A stretch of 64,000 nucleotides of DNA from Myxococcota bacterium (GTDB lineage: Bacteria; Myxococcota_A; UBA796; CAJQPC01): contig DASCPX010000137.1 in assembly GCA_036012755.1 (NCBI GenBank), positions 64,001 through 128,000 of the forward strand, in the 5' to 3' direction. Shown one piece after another: positions 1 to 9,936 of this stretch. Both the position numbers and the translations under genes were made by a program. The notes below the pieces were generated by a model. It made no database searches, had not been told where the DNA came from, and saw nothing but the letters and a program-made list of their open reading frames with translations. Every line of letters starts with the position of its first letter. Position 1 is the first letter of the stretch.

Positions 1-2700
1 ATGGACGAGAGCCAGCTCGAGATGGGCCACATCGCCCCCCACGGCCGCTACGCCCACCTCTACACCAACGGGGCCTACCACGGGCTCTACCACGTACGGG
101 AGCGCTTCAGCGCCGCCATGCTCGCCGAGTACCTCGGCGGCGACGAGGACGACTACGAAGCGGTCAACTCCGGCACGGTGATCGACGGCTCGGGGGAGGC
201 CTGGGCCCAGGCTCTTGCCAACGGCTACGACTTCGAGGCCATCGGGCAGTGGGTCAACCTCGAGAACTTCCTCGACTACATGATCCTCAACTTCTACGCC
301 GGCAACGCCTGGGACTGGTCGGCCTGGCACAACTGGATGGCCGCCGGCCACAGCCAGACCGGGGGCTACCTCTTCCACAGCTCCGACTCGGACATCTGCC
401 TCGTCTACGACCACACCATCGACATCCTCAGCAATCCAGGTCCCGGCAACCTCTTCTCCACGCTCATGAGCCAGGGCGACGAGGACTTCCTCGTCCTGCT
501 GTCCGACCGGCTCCATTCCCACCTCGTCGCCGAGGACGGCGTCCTGCTCCCCGACGCAGCCGCCGAGCGCTACAGCCGCCTGGCCGTGCAGATCGAGGAC
601 GCCGTCGTCGCCGAGTCCGCCCGCTGGGGTGCCGGCTGGTGGACCCGGGACGACTACTGGGTCATCGAGCGGGACGCCCTGCTGTCCGACTACTTCCCAC
701 AGCGCACCGACTCCCTGCTGGACCAGGTCCGCACCGCGGGCTGGCTGAGGCTCCCGGCTCCGGTCTTCACGATCACAGGAGACCACGTGCTCGTCGAACC
801 CGTCGACGAAGCGGAGCTCTGGGTCACCCTCGACGGCAGCGATCCGCGCCTGTCCGATGACGCCCTCGGCCCGGACGTCTTCGAGGCCACCGTGGAGTAC
901 ACGACCCTGGTCTCCGGGCGGCTCTACGACGGGAGCTGGGGGCCGATCGAGACCCGGCTCGTCGAGGTCGACACCGCCCCGCCGGTGCTGCTCAACGAGT
1001 GGAACACGGTCGAGGTGGACGAGTGGCTGGAGGGAGGCGACAGCAGCCTGGGGGAGCTCGAGGGCAACGGCGGGGACTGGCTCGAGTTGCTCGTGGTCCA
1101 GGACCTCGACATGAGGGGCTGGCGGCTGGAGCTCGAGGACCGCTCCGGGACGCTCAGCCCCATCGAGCTCGATCACGCGGTGCTCGCGGATGTGCGCGCC
1201 GGCACGCTCATCACCATCGCAGAGGGCCTCCCAGAGGACCTCTCCTATGCCCCCGAGGTTGGCGACTGGCGCTTCCACGTCCAGGACGAGGAGCTCGACG
1301 TCAGCCACCGTGAGTGGACCCTGACTGCCTGGGACGACCAGGGCCGCGTCCGCCTGGGACCGGTGGGCGAGGGCATCACGCTGGACGGTCTAGGCTCCGA
1401 CGAGGTCGGCCTGTACGCAGACGGCGAGCACATCACCGCCAGGGCTTCGAGCTACGGCGCGCCGAATGTCTGGGAAGGCGGCAGCCAGGATCTCTCTGCG
1501 CTCCGCGGCGAAGAGGGTCGGGTCGGGCCCGAGCGCGAGGTCTCGGAGCGGGTTCCTCCGGAGCCGGTGGGCTGTGCGGGGGGGCTCTTGCCGGTCCTGC
1601 TGTTGTTGGCCTGCGCAGGTGAGACCGCCCGCCGGGACAGCGCCCCGGCCTGCTTCGAGGACGAAGACGGGGACGGCTACGGCTCCGGCGTGCCGACGGC
1701 CTGCCCGACCGGGGTGCCCAACGAGCTCGACTGTGACGACCAGGACGCCCGGATCCACCCCTCCGCCTACGAGGTCTGCAACGGCGTCGACGACGACTGC
1801 GACGAGCTCGTGGACGACGACGACGAGGTCGTCGACGGCCTGCCCTTCTACGCCGATGGTGACGGTGACGGCTACGGCGGCGAGGAGATCCTGACCCTCT
1901 GCTCCGCCGAGGCCGGAGGAGCCCTGAGTCCAGAGGACTGCGACGACGACGACCCCACGGTCCACCCGGGCGCAGAGGAGTTCTGCGACGGCGTCGACCG
2001 TGACTGCGACGGCGAGGCTGGGGACAAGCCCGGCGCCACGGCCAGCTGCGCGGCCGAGAGCTGCCTGGCGCTGTTGACCGCCGAGCCAGATCTGCCAGAT
2101 GGCGCCTGGTGGATCGCCCTGGAGTCAGAGCCGACGGAGCTCTACTGCGACATGACCGGTGGGGGCTGGACGCTGGGCTTCCTGCGCAGCTCCGCGGCGA
2201 CCGGCAGCCACGGGGGCTTCGGCGGCTCGGACGACAACGCCGATCAGCTCGACCTCTCTCCGGCCGAGGCCAGCTCCTCGAGCGGTGGTCGGCGCGGCTG
2301 GATCGACCTCAACGCCCTTGCGTGGACCGAGCTGCAGGTCACGGCCTACCTCTCCGGCGCCGAGAGCTACCGCTCGGAGACCATCCTGCGCGAGGACCTC
2401 CGCATCGACTTCGGCGAGGATGGCTACCTGCTCTACGGGGATCCCTACTACTGGTGCGGAGGCGCGGCCTCCTACACGGACTCCGGCGTCGGCGCCGTCA
2501 ACAACCCAGAGGGCGCCTACGCCGACTGCAAGGGCCACGGCTCCCTGGGCTCCGGCTGGGACTTCTCGGAGACCGACTACGGCAACACCGGGCTCACGCT
2601 CTGCGGCTCGGACGGCTCGAACTTCATGGCGGGGACATGGGGTGGCAGCTGGACCTACTACGGCACAGCCGGCGCCGCTCAGGCCCTCTGGGTGCGCTGA
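1..2700 (+). CDS. CotH-kinase-family protein with lamin-tail-like, MopE-like metal-binding repeats and fibrinogen-like C-terminus (probably 5'-partial)
   Basis: YAHLYTNGAYHGLY..ERF and NFLDYMILNFYAGN.DW..HNW (CotH-like); WVTLDGSDP; LLNEWN..GDWLEL; DCDD..IHPSAYEVCNGVDDDCD repeats; SCLAL..DGAWWI..LYCDMTGGGWTL. Confidence 0.75.
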   Translation: MDESQLEMGHIAPHGRYAHLYTNGAYHGLYHVRERFSAAMLAEYLGGDEDDYEAVNSGTVIDGSGEAWAQALANGYDFEAIGQWVNLENFLDYMILNFYAGNAWDWSAWHNWMAAGHSQTGGYLFHSSDSDICLVYDHTIDILSNPGPGNLFSTLMSQGDEDFLVLLSDRLHSHLVAEDGVLLPDAAAERYSRLAVQIEDAVVAESARWGAGWWTRDDYWVIERDALLSDYFPQRTDSLLDQVRTAGWLRLPAPVFTITGDHVLVEPVDEAELWVTLDGSDPRLSDDALGPDVFEATVEYTTLVSGRLYDGSWGPIETRLVEVDTAPPVLLNEWNTVEVDEWLEGGDSSLGELEGNGGDWLELLVVQDLDMRGWRLELEDRSGTLSPIELDHAVLADVRAGTLITIAEGLPEDLSYAPEVGDWRFHVQDEELDVSHREWTLTAWDDQGRVRLGPVGEGITLDGLGSDEVGLYADGEHITARASSYGAPNVWEGGSQDLSALRGEEGRVGPEREVSERVPPEPVGCAGGLLPVLLLLACAGETARRDSAPACFEDEDGDGYGSGVPTACPTGVPNELDCDDQDARIHPSAYEVCNGVDDDCDELVDDDDEVVDGLPFYADGDGDGYGGEEILTLCSAEAGGALSPEDCDDDDPTVHPGAEEFCDGVDRDCDGEAGDKPGATASCAAESCLALLTAEPDLPDGAWWIALESEPTELYCDMTGGGWTLGFLRSSAATGSHGGFGGSDDNADQLDLSPAEASSSSGGRRGWIDLNALAWTELQVTAYLSGAESYRSETILREDLRIDFGEDGYLLYGDPYYWCGGAASYTDSGVGAVNNPEGAYADCKGHGSLGSGWDFSETDYGNTGLTLCGSDGSNFMAGTWGGSWTYYGTAGAAQALWVR

Positions 2701-3392
2701 AGCTCCTGACGCCAGCCGGTGGCGAGGTCCTCTACCCAAGCGAACTCGAGGTCCTCGACGAAGCCGACGCGGGGTGAGCCCCAGGGCTCGCCGAGGCCTC
2801 CGGCGTTGAGACAGAGGCACTCCTCCAGCATCACGACGCCGGGGGACTCGTGGATGTGGCCGCAGACGAGCACGCCACGGTGGCGCTCGGCCAGCTCACG
2901 GATCGCCCAGGATCCAACGTGCTCGTTGCGATGTGGCACCAGATCAAGCGGGGTGTTCGCGGGGGGCGCGTGACAGAGGAGCACGTCACAGTCGGGGATC
3001 ACGCGCTGGCGGATGTGGTTGTCCTCCCACTCGTAGGGGAAGCCGAAGCGGTCCGGTCCGGCGCCGCCGATGCCCGCGATGCGCAGGCCGCCGATCTCGC
3101 CGAGACCGGTCTCGACGTTTCCTCGTCCAGCCACCCCCCTGACGTCGTGGTTGCCGGGCACCCAAAAAAGCGGCACGCCGAGCTTGCGGATCTCGTCGAG
3201 GACCGCATCGACGCTCCGCTGGTACTCGGCGACCAGCTCCGGGTGGCGGTCTGGAGAGCGCCTCCCGAGGGCGTATCCGCCGATGTCGCCGACCTGCAGG
3301 ACGCCATCGCAGCCGAGGGCGTCGATGTGCGCCAGAACCCGGCGCAGCCGCTCCATGTGGTGATGCACGTCACCGATGACGGCCAGCCTCAT
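2679..3392 (-). CDS. Icc-like metallophosphoesterase
   Basis: GDVH, GDIG, GNHD, HAPP and GHIHE motifs; start reassigned to MRLAVIGD. Confidence 0.85.
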   Translation of the reverse strand: MRLAVIGDVHHHMERLRRVLAHIDALGCDGVLQVGDIGGYALGRRSPDRHPELVAEYQRSVDAVLDEIRKLGVPLFWVPGNHDVRGVAGRGNVETGLGEIGGLRIAGIGGAGPDRFGFPYEWEDNHIRQRVIPDCDVLLCHAPPANTPLDLVPHRNEHVGSWAIRELAERHRGVLVCGHIHESPGVVMLEECLCLNAGGLGEPWGSPRVGFVEDLEFAWVEDLATGWRQELQRTQRA

Positions 3393-3396
3393 GCGC

Positions 3397-5169
3397 TCAC
3401 TCCAGCGCCAGCTCGGGCATCGGCTTGAGCTCGTCGAGCAGACCCTCGGCGACGGGCCAGCCGACATCGGGCAGGATGACCTGGGAGCCGGCGACCCGCA
3501 CGGCGAGCCTGCCGAGGCCGTGCCAGCGCATGAAGGGACCCTGCACGAGGTGGACCGACTGGATCTTGTCGCGGGCCAGGACCCAGGTCCTGCGGCGCCA
3601 GAAGCCCCGTCGCGCGACGATGACCCCGGGGGTGACGAGCCAGCCCTGGTAGCGCCAGTCGAGCACGTTCGCGAAGATCGACAGCACAGGAAGAACCAGG
3701 GCGAAGGCGCCCCAGGGCTGCCAGAGCAGCGCCACCGGGATCGACAGCGCCGACCACTTCACGAGGCCAGCCACCAGCATGCGCCACAGGGCCCGACGAT
3801 GAGCCGGCGCGAGGCGGTCTCGCCAGGGATCGACCTCCGTCGCCGGGATGGCCGCGCGCACCACCGAGGCGAGCTCCACCCGGTCGACCATGGGCACGAC
3901 GAGCTCTGCGGCCTTTACGCCCTCTTGCACGGAGCCGAGGCCGGCGGTCTCCACCGAGAGCGTCCCGAAGCCCATCAGGCGTCGCACGATGGGCTCGTCG
4001 GCCATCACCAGCTGGACCTTCCCCAGCGGGATCTCGACTCGGCGCTCGGTGAGCAGGCCCTCGCGGGACCACAGGCGTCCAGGCTCGCGCACCAGGCGGA
4101 AGCCGTGGTGGCGCAGCACGGCGAGCAGCGCGGAGCCACCCCAGGACAGGGCGAAGGCCAGCAGCACCAGCCCGGCGACGAAGCCCGGGCGCGCCGTGTC
4201 GAAGGTCTGCTCGGTCTGCTCGGGGGTGAGGAAGGGGAGCAGCTCGAAGGCCACCGCGAAGAGCACCACCACCAGCCCTGCTCGAGCCCGGGACAGCCCG
4301 AACGCGAGCAGCTCGCCGGGGCCCAGCGTGAGCAGCGGCTCCAGCTCTTCCTCGTTCGGAGGGGGCGCGCCCGAGCCGCGGAGCTCGCCGAGCACCTCCA
4401 TCAGGCGCTCGGCGTCGTCCTCGTGCAGCGCCGAGAGCAAGCCCTCCGTGCGGGTGTCACCGGCGGTCTCGATGCGGACCTCGACCAGCCCGCTCATGCG
4501 GTGGAAGACGTTGCGGACGAGCTCCACGTTCTGGATGCGGGCCGGGTCGATGATGCGGGCCTGCTTGTTGAGCAGCCCCTGGCGGATCTCGAGCTTGCCG
4601 CCCTGGACCCGGTAGCGCAGCGTGACGTAGTGGATCAGCGTCGAGATGGCGCCGGAGCCCAGGAACAGCAGCACCCAGCCGAGGGTGTCGACGCCGATGC
4701 CGCTGAAGCTGCCGGCGCCGATGAGCACGGCGAGGAACAGGGGCCAGAAGCCGGCGAGCACCTTCCAGGTGCGGGGGATCAGGTTCACGACGATCGAGGC
4801 GGCGTGCAGGCCCTGCCAGGGCACCTCGAGGGCCTCTGGTTCGTCCAGCTCGATCTCGGCGATCTCCTCCGTGATGGGCTCGTCCAGCTCGACGGACGCG
4901 GGCTGCACCAGCATGTCGAAGACCTCTGTCGTGACGTCGGGCTTCCTCGTGATGACCACGACCTCCGGGTCGGAGAATTCCTCGAGGTGGACCTCGTCGT
5001 AGAGCTCCGTGGCCTCGTCGTCGACGGACTCCTCGGACTGGAGCTCCGCGGCGACCTCAGCGGCGAGGGCCTCCCACTCGGCGTCGTCGGGCCGCTTCGG
5101 CTTGCGGCCTTCCTTCCAGGTGACGGGACCCGGATCCGACGGGGTCTTCTCGTCGCGATCAGACCCCAT
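3397..5169 (-). CDS. YdbT-like membrane protein with bacterial PH (bPH_2) domains
   Basis: Three repeats of the RIQNV/KVQLV/KIQSV...R..G....V.TAG pattern separated by TM pairs; acidic N-terminus. Confidence 0.8.
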   Translation of the reverse strand: MGSDRDEKTPSDPGPVTWKEGRKPKRPDDAEWEALAAEVAAELQSEESVDDEATELYDEVHLEEFSDPEVVVITRKPDVTTEVFDMLVQPASVELDEPITEEIAEIELDEPEALEVPWQGLHAASIVVNLIPRTWKVLAGFWPLFLAVLIGAGSFSGIGVDTLGWVLLFLGSGAISTLIHYVTLRYRVQGGKLEIRQGLLNKQARIIDPARIQNVELVRNVFHRMSGLVEVRIETAGDTRTEGLLSALHEDDAERLMEVLGELRGSGAPPPNEEELEPLLTLGPGELLAFGLSRARAGLVVVLFAVAFELLPFLTPEQTEQTFDTARPGFVAGLVLLAFALSWGGSALLAVLRHHGFRLVREPGRLWSREGLLTERRVEIPLGKVQLVMADEPIVRRLMGFGTLSVETAGLGSVQEGVKAAELVVPMVDRVELASVVRAAIPATEVDPWRDRLAPAHRRALWRMLVAGLVKWSALSIPVALLWQPWGAFALVLPVLSIFANVLDWRYQGWLVTPGVIVARRGFWRRRTWVLARDKIQSVHLVQGPFMRWHGLGRLAVRVAGSQVILPDVGWPVAEGLLDELKPMPELALE

Positions 5170-5626
5170 CGTCGCCCCCGCGTCGGGCGAGCTCGTCGCG
5201 GATGGCTTCTGCCATGTCGGTCGCGAGCCCCGGGATGGAGCCGTCAGCGGACATCCCCGCGGCGGTGAAGACGGCCACGCGGGACAGGCCGAAGAAGCGC
5301 TCGATGGGCCCCTGGCGCGTGTCGACGTGCTGGATGCGGTTGTGGGGAATCGACGAGCGCCGGCGGAAGAGCACCCCGCGCTGGACCAACAGGTCGTGCT
5401 CCCGGATGTCGTAGCGGTAGTGCTCGTACTGCAGCGTCGGCCACACGAGCGCGAGCACCACGAAGAAGGCGAGCAGCGCGCAGGAGACGACCACTCCCAC
5501 GGCGGCGCTGCTGATGGTCGCGACGCCGATCCCTGCCCCCACAGCCACCGGCGTCCAGAACAGCGCGAGCCGCACGACGGCCTGGGCGCGCCACAGCCAG
5601 GTGACCTTGGGATCGAGCGACTTCAC
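5159..5626 (-). CDS. YdbS-like bPH_2 membrane protein
   Basis: Two TM helices, then RIQHVDTRQGPIERFFGL..V.TAAG; overlaps the next gene. Confidence 0.85.
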   Translation of the reverse strand: MKSLDPKVTWLWRAQAVVRLALFWTPVAVGAGIGVATISSAAVGVVVSCALLAFFVVLALVWPTLQYEHYRYDIREHDLLVQRGVLFRRRSSIPHNRIQHVDTRQGPIERFFGLSRVAVFTAAGMSADGSIPGLATDMAEAIRDELARRGGDDGV

Positions 5627-5638
5627 CGAGGGCGCCTA

Positions 5639-6961
5639 TCACGGGCCCTTGCGCGAGGCTCCGAGGATGGGCTTGCCTTCTCCATCCACGTAGCCCAGCG
5701 CCTCGAGCTGGTGCATGAGCTGGGGGTTCGCCGCGGTGCTGGCCTCGATCGCGCGCTGAGCCCTGTCTTCGAGGACCCAGGTGGTGACTGGCTCGACGTC
5801 GGTCGAGAACAAGAGCGGCTCACCGGGCCAGTCCTCTGCGGCTGGCAGGTCGAGGACGGCGTAGATGGTGGGTGCGATGTCGAGCACGCTGCCGCCAGGC
5901 AGCTCGCCTGGCTGGACTCCAGCGCCGACGAGGAGCACGGCGGCCTCGCGGCTGTGGCCGCCGCCGATGAGCGGGTACCTGGCGGCCGGCTTGAAGCCGT
6001 GGTCGCTGCAGACCAGCAGGGTCGTGGTCTCCAGGTCGACGACGTCCAGTACCCGCCCGAGCATGTCGTCGACGGCCCGGTAGTAGTCGGGCACGAAGCG
6101 CGAGCCGAGCTCGATGTCCGCGCCCGTGATCGGGGCTTCGCTGAAGGGCACGGCGCGGCGGGGGCTGCCGGCCATCTCCGCGAGGGCCTGCTCGGCGTGG
6201 AGCTGGGGCTCCAGCTCCAGCATCTTCTGGATCTCGGGATCCGAGTAGGGCCAGTAGAGGTGGCTCACCTGGTCGATGCCGTTGACGTAGAGCATGCCGA
6301 GGTCGGCGTCGCTCTCCGGCCACTGGTCCTCGAAGACCCGCATGTGCAGCTCGTCGCGCAGCAGGGGGTGGAAGGGCGCTCCATACTCGGCGACCTGGTA
6401 GGCGAGCTCGTGGGCCTCCAGCCAGTCGTCGGTGGGGAGGAGCTCCGCGGCCCTCGCCTCCAGCGCTGGCGGCGTCGCGAGGCCGACGAGATCCTCGTGC
6501 CGGTCCTTGCTGAAGCCCAGCAAGGGGTCGCCCGGGTCCTTGTTCATCGGGAATGACCAGACGAAGCGCTCGCTGAGCATCGCGCCCTCGATCGGCGAGG
6601 CGGGGAAGCTCATGAGCCAGCCGACGACCAGGCTCTTCTTGTCGTGGAGGGTGGCGACGTCCCAGATGCGCATGACGCGGACGTCGCTGGCGTCGTAGGC
6701 GTGGGTCCGTCCGTCCGTCCAGCCGCCGATTCCGTGGACCTCGCCCTCATACCCGCTGGCGATGCTGGTCCAGATGATCGGACTCATCACCGGCACCGTG
6801 GTCTCGACGGTGCCGCTGACCCCCTCTTCGCGCAGCCGCTGGAAGTTCGGGAGCTCGAGGCCCTCGACCATCGACCACTCGAGGCCGTCGATCCCGAAGA
6901 CGACCAGGCGACGATCCGGGCTCGAAGAGCAGCCGATCAGCGCGTAGAGGAGCGTGCCCAC
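5639..6961 (-). CDS. Alkaline phosphatase superfamily (nucleotide pyrophosphatase/phosphodiesterase) lipoprotein
   Basis: GIDG, SPIIWTSIASG, DQVSH, SDHGF, terminal LEALGYVD; LIGC lipobox. Confidence 0.8.
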   Translation of the reverse strand: MGTLLYALIGCSSSPDRRLVVFGIDGLEWSMVEGLELPNFQRLREEGVSGTVETTVPVMSPIIWTSIASGYEGEVHGIGGWTDGRTHAYDASDVRVMRIWDVATLHDKKSLVVGWLMSFPASPIEGAMLSERFVWSFPMNKDPGDPLLGFSKDRHEDLVGLATPPALEARAAELLPTDDWLEAHELAYQVAEYGAPFHPLLRDELHMRVFEDQWPESDADLGMLYVNGIDQVSHLYWPYSDPEIQKMLELEPQLHAEQALAEMAGSPRRAVPFSEAPITGADIELGSRFVPDYYRAVDDMLGRVLDVVDLETTTLLVCSDHGFKPAARYPLIGGGHSREAAVLLVGAGVQPGELPGGSVLDIAPTIYAVLDLPAAEDWPGEPLLFSTDVEPVTTWVLEDRAQRAIEASTAANPQLMHQLEALGYVDGEGKPILGASRKGP

Positions 6962-6974
6962 GAAGGCGGGAGTA

Positions 6975-7196
6975 TCACCGGCAGCGTGCGGGTCGCTTGT
7001 GGGGAGGCAGGTTCTTGAGCTCGCCGCAGTGCACCGCGTGCTTGTGGAGGTGAGGATGCTTGTGGAGGTGGGGGTGCTTGTGACCGACGGTGACGACCAC
7101 CTTCGGCGCTGGCGCGACGATGGAGGCGGTGTGGTGATGCACGACGATCTGGGCGGCGTCGGCGTTGGAGCTGATCAAGGCGGCGAGGAGGAACAT
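6975..7196 (-). CDS. Small secreted His-rich hypothetical protein
   Basis: GGAG SD before ATG; signal MFLLAALISSNADA; HKHPHLHKHPHLHKH. Confidence 0.55.
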   Translation of the reverse strand: MFLLAALISSNADAAQIVVHHHTASIVAPAPKVVVTVGHKHPHLHKHPHLHKHAVHCGELKNLPPHKRPARCR

Positions 7197-7246
7197 AGCG
7201 ACTCCGTCAGGAAGTGTTCGTGGCCTCAGACGGACGCCGGCGCGGT

Positions 7247-8053
7247 CTATTCGGTGATCGCGATCGTGTTCAGGAGCGGGAGCAGCTCGTCGCTGGTGCC
7301 CCAGCCGTCCGCGACGGTGAGCGTGCCCGCGGGCTCCCACCGGCTCGTGTACTCCTCGACGTCGTAGTGCATGACCCAGACCTGGTAGGGCCCCTCGCCC
7401 GGGAGGCTGTCCGCCTCGATCCGGAAGGCGAAGCCCTCGCTCTCTACGGGGAAGGTGTCGTAGGGGTCCAGGTACCAGAGCGCGGCGAGGTCTCCATCGA
7501 GGGTGTCGATCGGCGGCCAGAGCGCCTCGTCGACGAAGGTGGCCCGAGCGGGGCTCGCGTCGATGCCGAAGGGGGGCTTCATGTCGTCGGTGCCGAGGCT
7601 CACGTGCATGCCGCCGCCCAGGGCGACCTCCGCGGTCGTGGCGCCGATGTCGGCCCAGACCTTGTTGTCGGGGACGCTGACGTCGAGCTCCGCGTCGGCG
7701 GCGAAGGAGATGGGGAACAGCACGGTCGCGTAGTCATCGTCAGTGGGAAAGACGTCGAAGGAGTGGACGACGGGGGCGACCTCGGCTTGCGCGAAGGCGT
7801 AGCTCCCGTTGTTCTCGGTGTTGCCCGTGCGGCAGGAGGTCGCGCAGAGCTGCAGCCTGGCCTCCAGCGCTGCTCCGTCAGGTCCGGAGATGATCCCCGA
7901 GAGCTCCGCGGTCTGGACGTCTGTGTCTGTGTCGGTGTCGGTGTCGGCGTCGGTGTCCGCGTCGCCGTCGCCGTCGCCGTCGGTGTCACCTCCGCTGGAG
8001 TCGGTGTGGACATCGGTGCCGGCGCAACAGATGGCCAAGAGCAGGCTGGTCAT
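7247..8053 (-). CDS. Hypothetical secreted protein or lipoprotein with Asp/Thr linker and carboxypeptidase-regulatory-like domain
   Basis: GGAGGAG SD; MTSLLLAICC; DTDGDGDGDADTDADTD linker; LSGIISGPDGAAL. Confidence 0.65.
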   Translation of the reverse strand: MTSLLLAICCAGTDVHTDSSGGDTDGDGDGDADTDADTDTDTDTDVQTAELSGIISGPDGAALEARLQLCATSCRTGNTENNGSYAFAQAEVAPVVHSFDVFPTDDDYATVLFPISFAADAELDVSVPDNKVWADIGATTAEVALGGGMHVSLGTDDMKPPFGIDASPARATFVDEALWPPIDTLDGDLAALWYLDPYDTFPVESEGFAFRIEADSLPGEGPYQVWVMHYDVEEYTSRWEPAGTLTVADGWGTSDELLPLLNTIAITE

Positions 8054-8151
8054 CGGGCTCCTCCGTCCTGTTGATGCCAGTGGACGGCGATGGTCTTGGA
8101 ACATGATGCACCTTGCTGGCACCGGGCTGCTGCGCCGGCCCTTCTGCGTGC

Positions 8152-8859
8152 TCAGGGCCCCCACTCTGGCTCGTCGAGGTCGTCGATGCGGCGGAAGTCG
8201 CCGTCGCCGATCACGAGGTGGTCCAGGAGCCGGACACCGAGCACCTCCGCGGCGGCCCTCAGCCGCCTGGTGACGTCCAGGTCCGCGTCCGACGGCTCGG
8301 GATCTCCGCTGGGATGATTGTGAGCCACGATGACCGAGGCCGCGCCCAGCTGGATCGCGGGCCGCAGCACCTGGCGTGGATCCACGATGGTCGAGGCGTC
8401 GTTGCCGACACTTATTCGTCGACGCGCCAGCGGCCGCCCGCGGCGATCCAGGTAGAGGGCGTGGAGCTCCTCGACGTCGAGGTGTTCGAGCCCCTCGCGT
8501 AGGTGGAGCCAGGCGTCGTCGGGACTCGTGACGGTGCGATCCGGGCGGATCCGCGCTCGTGGCCTGGCCGCCAGCGCGCAGGCCGCGTGGATACGGATCG
8601 CGCGCGCCTCTCCGATGCCGTGGACCTCCGTCAGCGCGACCACCGGTGTCGTGGCGATGCCGCGGACGCCGCCGAAGCGATCGATCAGCTCGCCGGCGAC
8701 CTCTCGCGTTCCACGCCCACCGGCCATGGTCCCGAGGACCAGGGCCAACAGCTCCACGTCTCCGCAGTGGCTTCCGAGGATGTAGCGCTCGCGTGCTCCG
8801 AACATGGGCGGCCGCCGGTGCACGCTGCGTGCCAACGGGATCTCGCGCACTTGGGTCAT
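8152..8859 (-). CDS. radC: RadC family JAB-domain protein
   Basis: ELLALVL, HhH GIGEARA, and the HNHPSGDPEPSDAD..LLDHLVI JAB motif. Confidence 0.9.
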   Translation of the reverse strand: MTQVREIPLARSVHRRPPMFGARERYILGSHCGDVELLALVLGTMAGGRGTREVAGELIDRFGGVRGIATTPVVALTEVHGIGEARAIRIHAACALAARPRARIRPDRTVTSPDDAWLHLREGLEHLDVEELHALYLDRRGRPLARRRISVGNDASTIVDPRQVLRPAIQLGAASVIVAHNHPSGDPEPSDADLDVTRRLRAAAEVLGVRLLDHLVIGDGDFRRIDDLDEPEWGP

Positions 8860-8934
8860 GGGGAGAGGGAATTCGACACCCCTGCCTTGGAACTCGACCC
8901 CCTCTCGTTCGCTACGCCCCCACCGCGGATTCCC

Positions 8935-9933
8935 TCACTTCTTGGAAACGGGCGCGATGACCTCGACGTAGACCCCGACCTTCTGTTCGGCGGAGTACAG
9001 CATCTTGTCGTTGTAGGAGGTCGAGTGGACCTCGCCCAGCTGCTGCAGCGCCATCGCGAAGCGCGTGACGTTCTCTTGCGGGAGCAGGATGCGCAGGCCG
9101 ATCTTGCTGGCGCCGTTGATGAGGGCGTCTTCGTCGACCTGTCGCCCGTTGGCGTCGGTGACGGTGCCGTCGAAGCGGTAGACGATGTTCAGCAGCTGGC
9201 GCAGGGAGTCCGGGTCCGTGACGTGGAGCTGCATCGACTGGCCGGCCTCGAGCTCGGTGTGGCGCTCGGGGTCCAGGGCCACGTCCTTCGCTTCGGCCGC
9301 CGGTGCGCTGGAGGTGGTGTCCAGCTGCACGATGCCGTCATCTGGGGCCACCTTGGTCGTGCCGACGCTGGCGGCTCGATCGTCCTTGGGCGCTTCGCCA
9401 CCGAGCACCACACCGGCCATCTCTTCGGCCCACCCCGACGGAGCGTCCTTCTTCGAGGTGGTGATCGGCTTGGTCTTCGTGGCCGCGACGACCTCTGGTT
9501 CCGGCGTGATCTCGGCGGTCCTCTCCGGCGCCTCTTCCGGCTCGGCGACCTCTGCGATCTGCACCGGCTCGGACACTGGGACCGGCGGCGGGTCGTCCAT
9601 CTTGCGGCCGACCAGGACCGCCACGAGGATGGCTGCCACGGCCACCGCGAGGCTCTCCATCGGCAGCGCCGTGAAGAAGCCACGGATCTTGAGCCAGAGG
9701 CCCCCTGGCATCGGCTCGTCAGCGACCTGTGCCATCAGCCTCGCGTGGAAGCCTGGCGGGGCCTGGGCCGGACCGTGCTCCCGCACGAAGTCGACGGTCG
9801 TCAACAGCCGCTCGTACTCCTCGCGCAGCTCGGGGCTCCGCTTCAGCGCAGCGTCGACCTCGCCTCGCTCGGAGGCAGAGAGCTCCCCGTCGATGTAGGC
9901 GGAGAGTCGTTCGCGGGCGAAGAATTCGTTCAT
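8935..9933 (-). CDS. Transmembrane anti-sigma factor
   Basis: RERLSAYIDGEL N-terminus, one TM helix, directly downstream of an ECF sigma factor. Confidence 0.75.
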   Translation of the reverse strand: MNEFFARERLSAYIDGELSASERGEVDAALKRSPELREEYERLLTTVDFVREHGPAQAPPGFHARLMAQVADEPMPGGLWLKIRGFFTALPMESLAVAVAAILVAVLVGRKMDDPPPVPVSEPVQIAEVAEPEEAPERTAEITPEPEVVAATKTKPITTSKKDAPSGWAEEMAGVVLGGEAPKDDRAASVGTTKVAPDDGIVQLDTTSSAPAAEAKDVALDPERHTELEAGQSMQLHVTDPDSLRQLLNIVYRFDGTVTDANGRQVDEDALINGASKIGLRILLPQENVTRFAMALQQLGEVHSTSYNDKMLYSAEQKVGVYVEVIAPVSKK

Positions 9934-9936
9934 GGT

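Noticed and set aside
8152..8859. radC as a mobile-element marker
   Set aside because: It is the full-length HhH+JAB chromosomal type, with no integrase or direct repeats nearby
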